Notes: generated from the letters alone by a model not told the origin. DNA of 64,000 bases from Octopus vulgaris (GCA_951406725.2 OX597817.1:23684001-23748000); one strand, 5' to 3'; positions 27,570-41,365 are shown, numbered from the stretch's first letter. Numbers and translations are program-made.

Positions 27570-28800
27570 TCAGTGGCAATGTGATAGCTTAACAGAAAAC
27601 TTGACTAATGTAGAGCTGATTGAGATCATGATACTCGTACACCTGTCACTTACCCAAATTAAAATCTGAGCTGACGCTAATTAATTTAAGCAGGAAGATA
27701 AATTTTGTGGGTGCCAGTTAAATTTGCGGTCACGACCAAATGTAGCCGTCAGCTTTACAAGAAATTGGTTCATCGAATGATGGTTCCATGAAAACCGTCA
27801 TAGAGAAAGAGGATTTACTACATGCTCATATTTTGTTCTGCTCTTCAAATAAAATCTCCTTTTCATTAAATGGATTCTTTCATATCTGCAGAGCTTTCAG
27901 ATCATGAGGAGAGGAACAGTGATTAAACATTTTAAAACTAAGATGTGTCATGACCACTGTGGTGTCCCCAACTGAAAGTCGCTTAGCATGGAAAACAACA
28001 AATGCGCCAAAATCATTTACTATGGGAATCCAATCAGGATAAAATAGCTATCCGTCTTACAAAAAAACAAAAAAAAAAAACAAAACAAAAACACAATGGG
28101 TATCGAAAGGGTAAAACGTTTGTTTAAACTGCTCAGAATCAAAATTCGATGTATAATTTTGCTACTAACTCCGATATACGCATCAATGTTTTATATTCAG
28201 CATTGTAATGAAGTTCATCAAATATATCTCAAAAATATGTGATTAAGGGCTCAGACGCTGTAATATTTGTTCTAAGGCAGAGAAAACGCTGCAATAAACT
28301 TACACATTTCTATCAAGGACAATGAAGCAGATACAAAGAATATTTGTTGCATTAATCATATCCACCCTCCCCATAAACGTTCCACTGCATATTTTCTCCT
28401 TATAAAAGTGCCACTGCATATCCCCCCCCATAAAAGTGCTACTGCACTCAACACTGTTGTTATGAAACCATGCATAGGCTTATGTCACCGAAGCAATGGG
28501 AAGTTATAAGTTCACTTCAGTGCCTTTAAGTACTCAATGAAGAATTTTGCAAAACATGTAGAGAGGCATGATTTGTACTTGGATTAGAGGTGAATGATGA
28601 TCAGTTGGATGCGCTATAGTCAGAGGCTTTATCGTATAGCATCTACACGATATGCTTTCTACTTGAATTGAAGCAGAAAGATGCTCTGTAGTTAGAAGCT
28701 TCCACCAAAGAGCAAAACTTATTAGAAGTTTTGCCCTTTAGTTTGTTTCCGTTTCAGGTTTGGATCAAACATCATAACTTTGCTGAAGATTTCAAATATC
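27570..28800 (+). mobile_element. Helitron RepHel relic (Rep domain), heavily decayed; may continue to ~29600 beyond the SINE
   Basis: Plus-strand pieces: RG.LHAHIL (HUH motif, ~27807-27835), MDSFISAELSDHEE, KMCHDHCGVPN*KSLSMENNKCAK (HGPCG..N..PCM), KFIKYISK/YVIKGSD (catalytic-Tyr motif, ~28210-28257) and CKTCREA*FVLGLEVNDDQLDA. Not present in the ORF track because of stops and frameshifts. Confidence 0.75.
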
Positions 28801-28816
28801 AAGTTTAACAGGTTTA

Positions 28817-29012
28817 TACTCTTTTACATGCTTCAGTCATTTGACTGCGACCATGCTGGAGCAACTCGACCCCGGGAATTATTCTTTTGTAAGTCCAGTA
28901 CTTATTCTATCGGTGTCTTTTGCCTAACCGCTAAGTGATGGGGACAGAAACACACCAGCATCGGTTGTCAAGCAATGCTAGGGGGACAAACACAGACACA
29001 CAAACACAGACA

Positions 29013-29066
<54 letters not shown>

Positions 29067-29238
29067 CATATATACGACGGGCTTCTTTCACTTTCCGTCT
29101 TCCAAATCCACTCACAAGGCTTTAATCGGCCCGAGGCTATAGTAGAAGACACTTGCCCAAGGTGCCAAGCAGTGGGACTGAACCCGGAACCATGTGGTTG
29201 GTAAACAAGCTACTTACCACACAGTCACTCCTGTACCT
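28817..29238 (-). mobile_element. SINE family A inserted in the Helitron relic
   Basis: Reverse complement of the family A consensus, with internal (TA)n. Confidence 0.9.
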
Positions 29239-29889
29239 ATGTATATAAATAGCCAAGGACATTAAAAATACAGCGTCACCCAATTTAACAAGAAACTTTT
29301 CAAAATGTAACGGCGACGCAAAAATCCTTGCAGGCCAGAAGGCAGTGTATTCTATCTTTACCGGGGCGTATTACCTCCGGAATTCGGACAACATAAACAC
29401 CTTTCGTATTTCTTTCATCAGTTATTGTTACCTTACACTTTGTGAATAGCTATATTGAACATTATGCTTTGAAATTACTCTAACTAATCGCACATTGCCA
29501 ATAACTCGGAAACTAGAGAAATTTATAAGATATCCAAAGTGGTTTATAGGTACAAATATATTATTGTTCACAAGTGAAGTATGAAAAGCATGGCAGGCTT
29601 TCCCAAGACTTGTGTAACAAGCTCCAGGAGGTTAAGAATAGAAGTGAACGCATCATAAGTTTCCCGCAAAATCGAAGGTGACACATACTATGAACTTACT
29701 GACTAAAGTCGTCATAGCTTTTTATAAAATATGAAATCATCAACCAAATTAAAAGCATGACAAAATCGTTTTGAAGATCACTTTTCTCTCTCTTTCTTAC
29801 TCTCTATCTCCCCCTCTCTCTCTCTCTCTTTCTCTCTAGTTTTTTTGCTTGGAAAGTTGGTAATATCCCTATAATTTGATAAAATAATA

Positions 29890-31090
29890 ACCAAAATAGA
29901 CAAGAATCAAAAAATATAATGACAGGATCTAGGATGCATCACCCAAAGTCTGACATAGAAAGGCTATATATACAACGTATAGAAGTTAGTAGAGGCCTTA
30001 TACAGCTGGGAAACTACAGGACTGCAACAATATCTACTTCAGAAGCAAGGAAAACTTATACAAATAGCGGCAAAACACGAGCTAAACAAAAAACTGTTCT
30101 CAGTATTTAAGGAAGCTGACAAATACAAACAACAAATCATACGAAGAAGAAGAAGAAGATACAACAAAAGCTATAAAACAAATGAAATCCAAACTAAAAC
30201 TAGAACAGCAACGGACCATGATAAAACGATGGCAACAAAAGCCCCTTCATTGCAAATACTAGACTAAACTAAATGCAAAAGAAATAGAGAGAGAAAAATC
30301 CCAGCAATGGTTGAGAAGCTCAGGACTCAAAGCAGAGACTGAGGGATTTTTAATTTCAGCACAAGACCAAAGTCTTCCCACCAGAAATTACCAAAAACAT
30401 GTAATGAAAAGAAATATAACAAGTAACTGCAGAATATGTGGAGATGGACAAGAAACAACAAATCATATTATCTCTGGCTGCCCAGTCCTGGCTAAGAAGG
30501 AATATATTCACTGACACGACAGAGTTGGGAGCTACATACACTGGAAGCTATGCCAACATTATGGAATAACAACAGAAAAAGATGGTATAGGCACACACCA
30601 GAAAAGGTCACAGAAAACGAGAAAGCAACCATATTCTGGGATATGCCAAAACACACAGATAGAGAAATTAAGGCCAATAGGCCAGCTATAGTTGTCAGAG
30701 ATCATGAAGGAAAAAAATGCTTTCTAATTGATGTATCAATACCAGCAGATGACAACGTGTCTCTAAAAGAAAAGGAAAAACTTTCAAAATACAAAGACCT
30801 GGAAATAGAAGTAACTCGAATGTGGAATCTAAAACCAGAAACAATTCCTATCATAGTAGGCGCATTAGGCATGATAAAGAAATATTCAGTCAAATACAAT
30901 ACATAACAAAAACACCAGGACTTACAAATATATATAACATACAGAAAATTGCACTACTGGGTACTGTACACATCCTACGCAAAACACTTTCAATAAAGTA
31001 ACCATCAGAGCATCACAACAAATCACAGCACATACCCAAGGCACACAGAGCTGCGCTCGGTAGTGAAGTGAAAGCACGCTATAAAAAAAA
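29890..31090 (+). mobile_element. R4/Dong-type RLE LINE, copy A (5'-truncated)
   Basis: HHPKSDIERLY; GLKAETEGFLISAQDQSLPTRNYQ; CRICGDGQETTNHIISGCPVLA (CCHC knuckle); RHD remnant; ANRPAIVVRD..CFLIDVSIP..KYKDL; PIIVGALG; 3'UTR ending in an A-rich/(AAT) tail. Confidence 0.92.
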
Positions 31091-31100
31091 AATAATAATA

Positions 31101-31870
31101 TGCTCAAGACCAAAGCTTATTAACCCGGAACTACCAAGCCAATGTGATGAAAAATGGAGCTGACCCAAAATGAGATTGAAACAATAGACCACCTAATCTC
31201 AGGTGTAGAGTTTTAGCACCTGCAGAATATAAAGCAAGACATGACAGAGTCGACCAGTATTTACATTGGACAATATGTCGGCATCATAATATCAAAACCG
31301 CCGACAAATGGTATAAACATCATCCTGAATCTGTGACTGAGGAAGAAAATGTGTCGATTCTATGGGACTTCCCCGTGCAGACTGACAACTATAAAAGCTA
31401 ATAAACCGGATATTATAATAAAAGATCAGACAAAAAGGACGTGTTTATTAATTGACAGGAGTATTCCCTGTGATCACAATATAGTGGCGAAAGAATTTGA
31501 CAAGATTAGTAAATATAAAGACCTGCTAATAGAAATTGAAAAAAATGTGACATCTCAAGGCGACTACAGTACCAGTGATTGTAGGATCTCTAGGAATGAT
31601 AAAAAAGGTACTGAAACCTATTTGAAAATGATTCCAGGCTTACCATCCCTACAGGAAATGCAAAAAATCGTATTAACTGGAACGACCGATGTACTGAGAA
31701 GAGCACTATCGCTGTGAAAATAACATCCATCCATGAATTTAATTGTTTATTAATTTTTAAATACATATTTTATCTGTGAACTTGCGCGTGTAATCTGAGA
31801 ATGCATGCAATTCCCTTCTCTGCCCTAGGTGTATGGAAAACACTCGGCGAGAAACGGAAGAAAATTTGAA
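31101..31870 (+). mobile_element. R4/Dong-type RLE LINE, copy B (different subfamily, 5'-truncated)
   Basis: AQDQSLLTRNYQA; EYKARHD; KANKPDIIIKDQTKRTCLLIDRSIP..KYKDL; stop at 31715-31717; distinct 3'UTR. Confidence 0.9.
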
Positions 31871-31909
31871 GAAAGAAGGAAAAAAAAATCATCATAATAA
31901 TATTAATAA

Positions 31910-34665
31910 ACGCTACAAGTAGGATTGCTACAGAAATGATGGGATTGAAAACTATTAAGTATAGGACATCGACCAATAAAAGAGGAAATAAACAACTTTG
32001 GTGGAAAAGGCGAATTTCAGAAGATACAAACACCGTGAATAGTGTAGTGACAATGCTTGTCAAGGAAAGAAAAAGAAGATTGAAGAATGGTCGCAAGTCT
32101 GAAAAATTGAAGCGGTATGGTATAGATACAAAAGGTGTGAATGTTGTAATTTAAGAACTAAAACTGCGCTTACATTCCTAAAAAGCAGAACTAACTTGGT
32201 TTGGGCAGAGGATTAAACAATACCGGAAAAAATAATTGCTTTGAATCGTTCAAAAAATATTTATGAAGAAATTAATGATGATATCGAATGTGAAATTTTA
32301 GTACCTGATCCCGATGGAAGTCGACAATTTTGGAGTTAGATATGGCATAAGCAAAAAGAACATAATACTACTGTTGAAAGGCTCTGCAGCCTGAAGAAAA
32401 CAGCTTCTTAAGCAGCAGGAGCTGATGTACAGGGATTTTGCGTAAAAGAGTTCAATTTGAAGAAAACAGCTTTTTACTCCCAACAAGAAACTATCAACTT
32501 CACAGAAAGAGTATCAGAAATATGAATAAAAACATTAGCAATTGGTAAGCAGCAGGATCTGATGGTGTAGAAGGATTTTGGGTAAAAGTGTTCAGTAGGT
32601 GGCATAAATTGATTACTGAGCACTTTAATGCATTGATCGATGAAGAAGATGAAATCCCAGGCTGCTTGACAAAAAGAACGAAGAATGTTGTGTCCGAAGG
32701 ATGCATCAAAGGGAAATGCTGCCGATAACTGAAACCCAATTTCTTGCTTCCCATTAACATGGAGGCTACTGTCAGGATTAATTGCAGAACTGTACAAATT
32801 TCTTGTTGAGAACAATATGCTATCGACGGAACACACAGGTTGCAGGAATAGTTACAGAGAAACCAAAGACCAATTATTGATCGACAAAATGGTAATGTAA
32901 GATTGTAAACGAAGGAGAACAAATTTGCGAATGGCCTGGATTGATTATCGCAAATCTTACATAATTCGTGAATCATCGAGTGCTAAGATCTGTTTGGAAT
33001 TGAAATGAATATAACTTGTTTCTTGAAGAGAAGTATGGTGGGTTGGAAAACTTAGTTGACATCCTACGGACAAAGCTTGCAAACCCTGAGAATTAGAAAA
33101 GGGATTGTTTTCAAGGCGACAGCTTATGCCCGTTGCTTGTTGTTCTTTGCATGATTCCCCTGACCTAGGTGCTTAAGAAAATGAACCTGGGATATCATCT
33201 AAAGAGAAAATCTCAAACGATCAATCTTCTCTTTATGGATGAATTGAAGCTCTATGTTACAGATGAGGTACAAGTGATTTATTTGGTGAACACGGTCCAC
33301 TGTTTTAGTGCTGATATTAGAATAGAATTCGGACTTAAATAAAGTAGTATAATACACCTGAAAAGAATCGAGTGATAGAATTACATTATAGAGAACTCAT
33401 TAAACACATTGAAAAGAAGGCTACAAATACATGGGCATACTAGAGTTCAGTGATATCATGGAGAAGGAAATGAAAGAACAACTGAGGATGGAATATTTCC
33501 GAAGTCTAAGACTGGTGTTGCGCTCAAAATTGACAGGAAGCAATAAAATCCAAGCAGTTAATACATGGATGATTGCATCTCTTCCGTATGTAACTAGAAC
33601 CTAAACTGATGAACATGGATACGAAAACAAGAACAATATTGACGGTGCACAGTGCCTTCCACCCTAGGAGTGACACCGAAAGACTGTACTTGTCCAGAAG
33701 AAAGGGTGGGAGTGGTTTGATCAATTGCCAAGATTTTATCGAAGTAGAGGACATGAGCTAAGTGTGATATGTAAGAAATACCGTGGAACCATTGTTGAAA
33801 TATGCGAAGATTCCGGAGTCATCAAAATTGAATATAGAGTGAAGGAAGAAAAGTTTAAAGAGAAAAGGAACACCCAAAAAGAAACAGCATAGAAGGAGAA
33901 AAAAATGTACATTCAGTTTGCAAGAGCTACGAACGCCAAGACAATATAGGATGCCGGTGGCTATGGATGAGTAGAAGTGTCCTGAAGATAGAGACAAAAG
34001 CACTTATATGCGCAGCATAAGAACTAGGGTCAAGGACTAACTAGTGAAGTGCAGGTTCGACAACACTACCGACAACGATTAGAAAAGGTAACATGACAAT
34101 GTGGCAAGAATGATCCACTAAGAGTTCTGTGGATATCGCTGCTTCCAAATAGCAAAGACGTGGTATGAGCAAACATCAGGGGTTACCAGTAATGAAGATG
34201 GCAAAATCTGCGGGATGTAATGCTTCAGTGCCATTACCAGATTAGACATCGAAAACCGGACATTGTTGTAGTGAATAGGGTAGAAAGAACTTGCATGATA
34301 ATCGACACAGCATATCCCGGTGAGTAGATCTAAGAGAAAAAGAGGAAAATCTGAACAACTACGCCGAATTGAAGTGGGAGACACGACGGTTGTGTCAATG
34401 GGGATAGTAGATATGATGATACCAGTAGTAAATGGTGCAGTTGAAAGTATCAGCACTCAACTACCAACATGGTTGAAAAAGACTGGCATTAAACGTAAAG
34501 ATAGAACACCTTCAAAAATCAGCATTGTTTGGAACTGCAAGAATTCTTCGCAGGGTTCCTGAAGCATGACCAGTAAACAAGTGGCAGCTTAGTCTGAGGG
34601 CTGTGGACAGCTGACATTTTCCATCAGACCCAGTAAAACAAGCTGAGCGTTTTCATGAAAAAAAA
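31910..34665 (+). mobile_element. R4/Dong-type LINE, copy C, with decayed reverse transcriptase
   Basis: GSDGVEGFWVK; AWIDYRKSY (~32934-32960); QGDSLCPLL (~33112-33138); LLFMDELKLY (YxDD motif, ~33225-33255); FHPRSDTERLYLSRRKGGSGL; many stops. Ends in (AAT)n at 34668-34762. Confidence 0.9.
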
Positions 34666-34691
34666 AAATAATAGTAATAATAATAATAATG

Positions 34692-34764
<73 letters not shown>

Positions 34765-34829
34765 GAAGAAGAAGAAGAAGAAGAAGAAAAAGACTGTATA
34801 AAGAATGGTGGCAGAGGACTCAATCTTGT

Positions 34830-36800
34830 TTTCACCAGGAAATGCTATGTTAATTATCAGGCATGTTTTCTTTTTCTTCTCTGTTCACTTCAACAATGTC
34901 AGACTATTTTATATTCAATCTGATGGTCACACTGAATCATTGCATCCCACAAGATTTTGCTGTACTTTTTGTCAGTGACTATTTTCAAGATTTGGTCATA
35001 TCACGTCTTTCATCTATCTATGCCATAATTTCCACCAGGCTCCCAATGGATTATTGTTGCTACACTATCATACTGTCTTTTGTGTTCACGTTGTACTAAT
35101 TTCAGTCATTCCCTATCAATGGGCCACACTGCTTAACCCCTATCAACACCCATTCTGCATGTCGCTCTCCTCTCGTTTTATTAAATTTGCACTTCACATA
35201 ATTTGCCAGCAATGCTTGTCCTTGTAACGCGCATACAAGTGCTTCTGTTTCTATTTGCAGATTACTCCTCCATATCCAAAACCACCGGTCTTCTTTATCT
35301 GTCTTTGCGTTCATATCTTTTGCAAATTAATCGTGCCTTATTTTTCTCCATCCCATTTATTTCTTCGTGCATTTTTCTAGATTTAATTTTTCTTTCTCAG
35401 CACAATTATCATTTCTGATTATGCCGGTCTTCTTCACATGCATCAATAATGGTTCCACAGCAATTATTGTATGTCATCCTGAACTGTTTTCCTCCCATCA
35501 CAATCCGTTTACAACTGATCAAATCTCCCCACCCTTTCTTCTGAACAAATAAAATTGTTCAATGTCACTCTTGGAATGAACTTCTCTGTGCAATGTCAAA
35601 TATTTCCATGTATTCTTACCCTATGGTCATAGGTCATTCTTTTGCCAGTTTATGATTCCCGCTATATTCCTAAGTAATGTTTCAACCATGTATTTACTAA
35701 GTCAATTTATTGCACCTCATCAATTTTGAGCGCAACACCAATCATACGCTTCGGAAGGGTACTAGGACAAAATCTCCCCTGGACAAAATCCTCCGGCAAT
35801 CAATATCCCTTGAAATATTGTTCTTTCTTTACAATAAAAATATTTTATGAAAGTGAAATTTTATGAAACAAATTAAAATATATATTATTCATGGGAACAA
35901 TGACAATTTTGTCCGGGGAAATTTAGCCTCGGGGAATTTTGTCCTGATACCCTTTGGAAATATTCTACCTCCGCTGTTCTTTCATTTCAATTTTCATGAA
36001 TTCCAGTATACCAGCGTACTTATAACATTCCGTTTTCAATTCGTTTCGTTTCATTATTTCCCTAATTGGTAACTCTATCTCTGCTGGGGACCGTACCTTC
36101 CTTCTTTTCAGACTCCTTTCGCCATACTTCTTGAGTCCAAATTCCATCTTTCGGTCAGCATGAAAACAGTGGACTGTGTTTCACCAATGAACTCACTTGG
36201 ACCTCAACTTTGCCACCAATTTCAAATCATCCATGAAGAAAAGATGATTGATTCATTGTATTTTATTTTTCTTGAAGTGATATCCCAGATTCAATTTCGT
36301 CATTACCAAGGTGGTCAAAGGGGTCAGGCAAAGTACGCAAAGCAACGGAGATAAATTATCTCCTTGTAAAATCCTTCTCCTGATGTTCGGTGAGCTCAAG
36401 CTTTGTAGGATGCAACCAACCCCCATACTACTCTTCGGAAAACATGTAACATTCCTTGCAGTTCCAAAAATATCCAAGCACTCAATGATCCATGAATGTA
36501 GAATCATATCGTAAGCTTTGCGTTAATCAATCCAGGCCATATCCAAATCTGTCCACCGCTTACAATCTTGCATCACCATTTTATATCTCAGTAATTGGCC
36601 TTTGGTACCGCTACACTTCCTCCTATTACCTTTTTGTCCCATTCGTAAAATGTCATTATGATCAACAAAATTGTATGTTTGTTCCGCAAACCTTCCTCAC
36701 AGTAACTTACACATAAATGGAAGGTAAGAAATTGGTTTGTAATTGTCGGCAGCTTTCCTTTTGATACATCCTCCATGCACAATGCTGTTCGCCCTTATTA
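34830..36800 (-). mobile_element. R4/Dong-type LINE, copy D (same subfamily as C, opposite strand)
   Basis: Minus strand: AADNYKPISYLP; AWID*RKAYDMILHSWIIECL; RRILQGDNLSPLLCVLCLTPL; FFMDDLKL; IETEALVCALQGQAL. The 5' side abuts (TTA)n at 36796-36862. Confidence 0.9.
35758..35951. mobile_element. MULE/Mutator-type MITE inserted in LINE copy D
   Basis: TIRs ggtactaggacaaaatctcccc and (reverse complement) ggtatcaggacaaaattcccc, with subterminal ggacaaaat repeats. 9-bp TSD cttcggaag (35749-35757) / ctttggaaa (35952-35960). The uninterrupted site gaatatttccgaag is visible in copy C (~33492-33505). Confidence 0.75.
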
Positions 36801-36801
36801 C

Positions 36802-36861
<60 letters not shown>

Positions 36862-37125
36862 CATCATTGCTTTGACTATTTGTAATGTGTCATGCACCGT
36901 TCGCAAGAAATACAAGTGCTATACAACCGGATATATGATAAAGAGAAAGATGGCCTATACAAAGCAAATACAAAAGAAGTTTTTAGACTTTTTAAGCACA
37001 CAAAAAATATATGCAAACGTGAAATATTCAACAAGATATATGCAAACACACAAGCATAATGCGAAAAAAGCACACACACACATACACACACACACACACA
37101 TTCACACACATGTATGTGTGTGAGC

Positions 37126-37163
<38 letters not shown>

Positions 37164-37176
37164 ATACATACGTATA

Positions 37177-37240
<64 letters not shown>

Positions 37241-37629
37241 CATATATATATAAATATATATATACACACACACATATATATATGTATATGTGTGTGCGTG
37301 TGTATACGTGGCTGCATGCATAAATGCATATATATGTAGACAAACTGTCATAGATTTATAGACACATACTATATTACACAGAACCCACAACCCCAGGCAT
37401 ATATTTAGATGCATCTGTGTATGCACGTACATAGTAATACCCACTCACAGATATATGCATGGACATACATATATCTTTTGTGTGTGTGTGTGCAGACGTG
37501 TGTGTCTTTACATGTATATGCAAATACAACACAGGAATATGTTTACATACACATAAGCGTGCGCTGACATATAGATACATACATATATAAATATATATAA
37601 ATATATATATATTTATATATATGTATATT

Positions 37630-37663
<34 letters not shown>

Positions 37664-38166
37664 TGTATGTATGTATGTATGTATGTATGTATGTATGCTT
37701 CCATGTAAGTAGCTATATATATCACGAGTAGGAAGAAATGTTTATAGCGAGAGAGAAGAGAGTACAAACAAAATTTAGAAAAAAAAAATTACTGGAAGAT
37801 TCCAGACGAATATTAAGCCGAATTTGAATATGTGTATGTAGGAGCCACTATAGTTAAGTAAAGAAAAGAAAACATTCTTCACGAACTCTCGCTTCCACCA
37901 CCGACCTGTGTCTCTCACTCTCTTTATATATTTATGCGCGCGAATATATGTATATACATATATGTGTGTGTGCTTATTTTTATATAAATGCATGCAAGTA
38001 TTCTATAAATATATAGAATATATATATATATATACACATATATACAAAATGGCTGATCGTATATATATATATATATATCATTTGCCTGTATATATACATA
38101 TATATATATATATATCATTTGTCTATATATATATACATATATGTGTGTGTGTGTGCTTATTTTTAT

Positions 38167-38221
<55 letters not shown>

Positions 38222-38237
38222 TACAAAATGGCTTATC

Positions 38238-38311
<74 letters not shown>

Positions 38312-38663
38312 TTTGCCTGTATATATACGTGTGTGAGTGTGAGACTGTAGGTGTGAGTTTTAATGTATGAGCGTATGGAACATATACATAGATATGTGTG
38401 TGTGTATATATTTACATATGTGTGTGTGTGTGTGTGTTTATATGAATATATGAATATGTACATATGCGTTTGAGTGTTGTGTGTAGGTGTGTAAGTGCGA
38501 ACGGATGGGAACCACAGATAATATTGAAATTCCTGGAGTTTTCGCTTTTTACGTTCCAGATATTATCTTTTAGCTCCCATAGATATTATCCATTTTCACC
38601 TTCTGCTTACTGAACTTTAACATCAACATCGAAGTGCTTTTTTTTTTTTTTTGCATTATTATG

Positions 38664-38757
38664 AATCATCATCATCATCATAATCATCATCTTCATCATC
38701 ATCATCATCATCATCATCATCTTCATCACCATCATCATCATCATCATCTTCATCATT

Positions 38758-38841
<84 letters not shown>

Positions 38842-38859
38842 TTCATCATATTCATCATA

Positions 38860-38901
<42 letters not shown>

Positions 38902-39226
38902 GTTATCATCACCATTATCATCATCATCATCATCTTCATCATCATCATCATCATCATCATCGTCGTCCTCGTAGCCGTTATCTTCGTCCACTCTCCCACA
39001 TGATCGTCCTCATCGGCACCGTCACCCTCACTATCATCCCATCACGCCTACCACTCCCATAACCACCAGCACACCCGACGTCGACGACGAGGACCACTAG
39101 TGCCATAACCATAAGCACCACCACAGCTACCACCATCACCGCTGCCGTCATCAACGCCACCACTAAGGCTACGACCACCACTGCGTCCACCACTAGAGCC
39201 ATCCCAACCATCGTTATCTTCGCCAT
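38664..39226. repeat. (CAT)n microsatellite decaying into a CAC/CAT-rich tract
   Basis: Read directly. Source of the poly-H, poly-D and poly-M pseudo-ORFs. Confidence 0.95.
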
Positions 39227-39418
39227 CGTAGTCAGGATTTTATCAGTACAATCCTCGTGACATTAGCTTCTATGATTTTATATTCATCACTTCATATATA
39301 TATGTGTGTGTATACACATGTGTGTGTGTATATATGGATATATATGTGTATATATATGTAATTATATACATACACATATATATATATCTGTGTGTATATA
39401 TATCTATATATATATATA

Positions 39419-39490
<72 letters not shown>

Positions 39491-39716
39491 CGCATATAAA
39501 TATGTATATGTATATATATATATATATGCATATAAATATATACATATATACACATGTATATTTATATATGCGTGTGTGTATGGATATACACATATATAGA
39601 TAGATAGATATACACAATCATGTTCATATCTATTTATCTACCTATCTATATATATATGTGTATGTCTATATATACATATATATGTGTGTGTATACACATA
39701 TGTGTGTGTGTGTGTA

Positions 39717-39795
<79 letters not shown>

Positions 39796-40266
39796 AAACA
39801 TATGTGAGAGTATGCCATGCTTGCCTTTATAGGTTGGTGTTTACATGCATGTAGTAATGTTTCTGGATCATGTGTGCATTCCAAGTGGTTTTTGTCGAGC
39901 AATAAATACAGCACTGTGTATATACACAACATTAAGCAAACTTGATTTCGTCCGATACCTTCATAATGATGTAAAAAAAAAGAGAAAACACAACTGGACA
40001 AAAATAAATAGTTATGGCTGGTTATTGAAAGAATGTGATTGCATGGCGTCGCAACCGAAGTTGTCTTATAAAAACGTCATTGCCTTCTCACGTAGAACAT
40101 TAACACATGGTCATGCGCATACAGGAAAATGTATATGACATTACATATATACTCTCACACACACACACATATATATACGCGCGCAAACATACACACATAC
40201 ATATATATATATATATGCCTGTAGGCACAAATAATCACTGACGCTGTCACTGATTCGTATAATGTA

Positions 40267-40320
<54 letters not shown>

Positions 40321-40326
40321 CATAGA

Positions 40327-40361
<35 letters not shown>

Positions 40362-40372
40362 GTATGCATAGA

Positions 40373-40446
<74 letters not shown>

Positions 40447-40819
40447 TGTATACAAATTAATTTTTGATATTATATATCTATGTGCACATACGCAAACACA
40501 CACACATGCAGAGACATGTACACACACACACACACATAGTTTGTGCGTGTGTGTATGAAACATATTTGAAAGCTGTTACAATACGCATTTCCAGAAAAAA
40601 AATTTATAGTTCTGTTATACTTCCTTATGAAATATTTCGCTGAAATATATTTCCATCTTAGCACCTGAGGCTAGATTAAATGGGTCTGCGGTCAATAAAT
40701 TTAATCTGAATAATTCTTGATTGCTTCGCCTGTGTATATTTTAAACATGTAACATCTTAGCACTCATTACAGTTTCTCAAAATTTTTGTATCCCACGATC
40801 AGGAAATTTACAATAGCGA

Positions 40820-41028
40820 TTTTAAATTTTGGCAGAAGGCCAGTAAATTCGGTGGAAGAAATGAGTCAATTATATCGACTCCAGTGCTGAACTGGTATAT
40901 ATTTCATCGACGCCGAAATGATGAAAGCAAACTCGACATCGGCGAAATTTGAAATAAGAACGTAAATACGGACGATATGCCGCTGAGTATTTTGCCCGTC
41001 CTCTTAGCGATTCTGCCAGCTCGCTCCC
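40820..41028 (-). mobile_element. Old SINE family B-related copy
   Basis: tatatcgactccagtgctgaactggta...atcgacgccgaaatgatgaaagc...ttagcgattctgccagctcgc. Confidence 0.7.
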
Positions 41029-41157
41029 TCAGAAGTGTTACAATATTGATATCTCTAAGAATATGTTCTGAATGAATCGACATCGATAAAAAGTTCTGGG
41101 ACATCGAAACCTATTGAAAGACAAAAACACTTCAGATATATTCTTTTCTTATTATTT

Positions 41158-41365
41158 TTTTTGTTTCAGCTATGCAACTGTAGTCATGCTGGAGCACCAC
41201 CTTTAGCCGAACGCATCGTCCCCAGACTTATTCTTTGTAAGCTTAGTACTTATTCTATCGTGCTCTTTTGCCGAACCGCTAAGTTGCGGGGGCCGCTAAG
41301 TTACACACCAGCATCGGTTATGAAGCAATGTTGGGAGGACAAACACAAGCACACGAATACATAAA
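41158..41365 (-). mobile_element. SINE family A, 3' half
   Basis: catgctggagcaccacctttag...tacttattctatcg...cacaccagcatcggtt, running into (CA)/(TA)n. Confidence 0.8.

Noticed and set aside
28368-28447. Short repeat-spacer-like pattern (CRISPR-like)
   Set aside because: Only three degenerate adjacent units, no unique spacers, no cas genes, eukaryotic context: a minisatellite.
38607-39226. Poly-His, poly-Asp and poly-Met ORFs resembling metal-binding or biomineral proteins
   Set aside because: All are frames of one (CAT)n microsatellite. A similar tract occurs at 48625-48725, and there is no splice or domain context.
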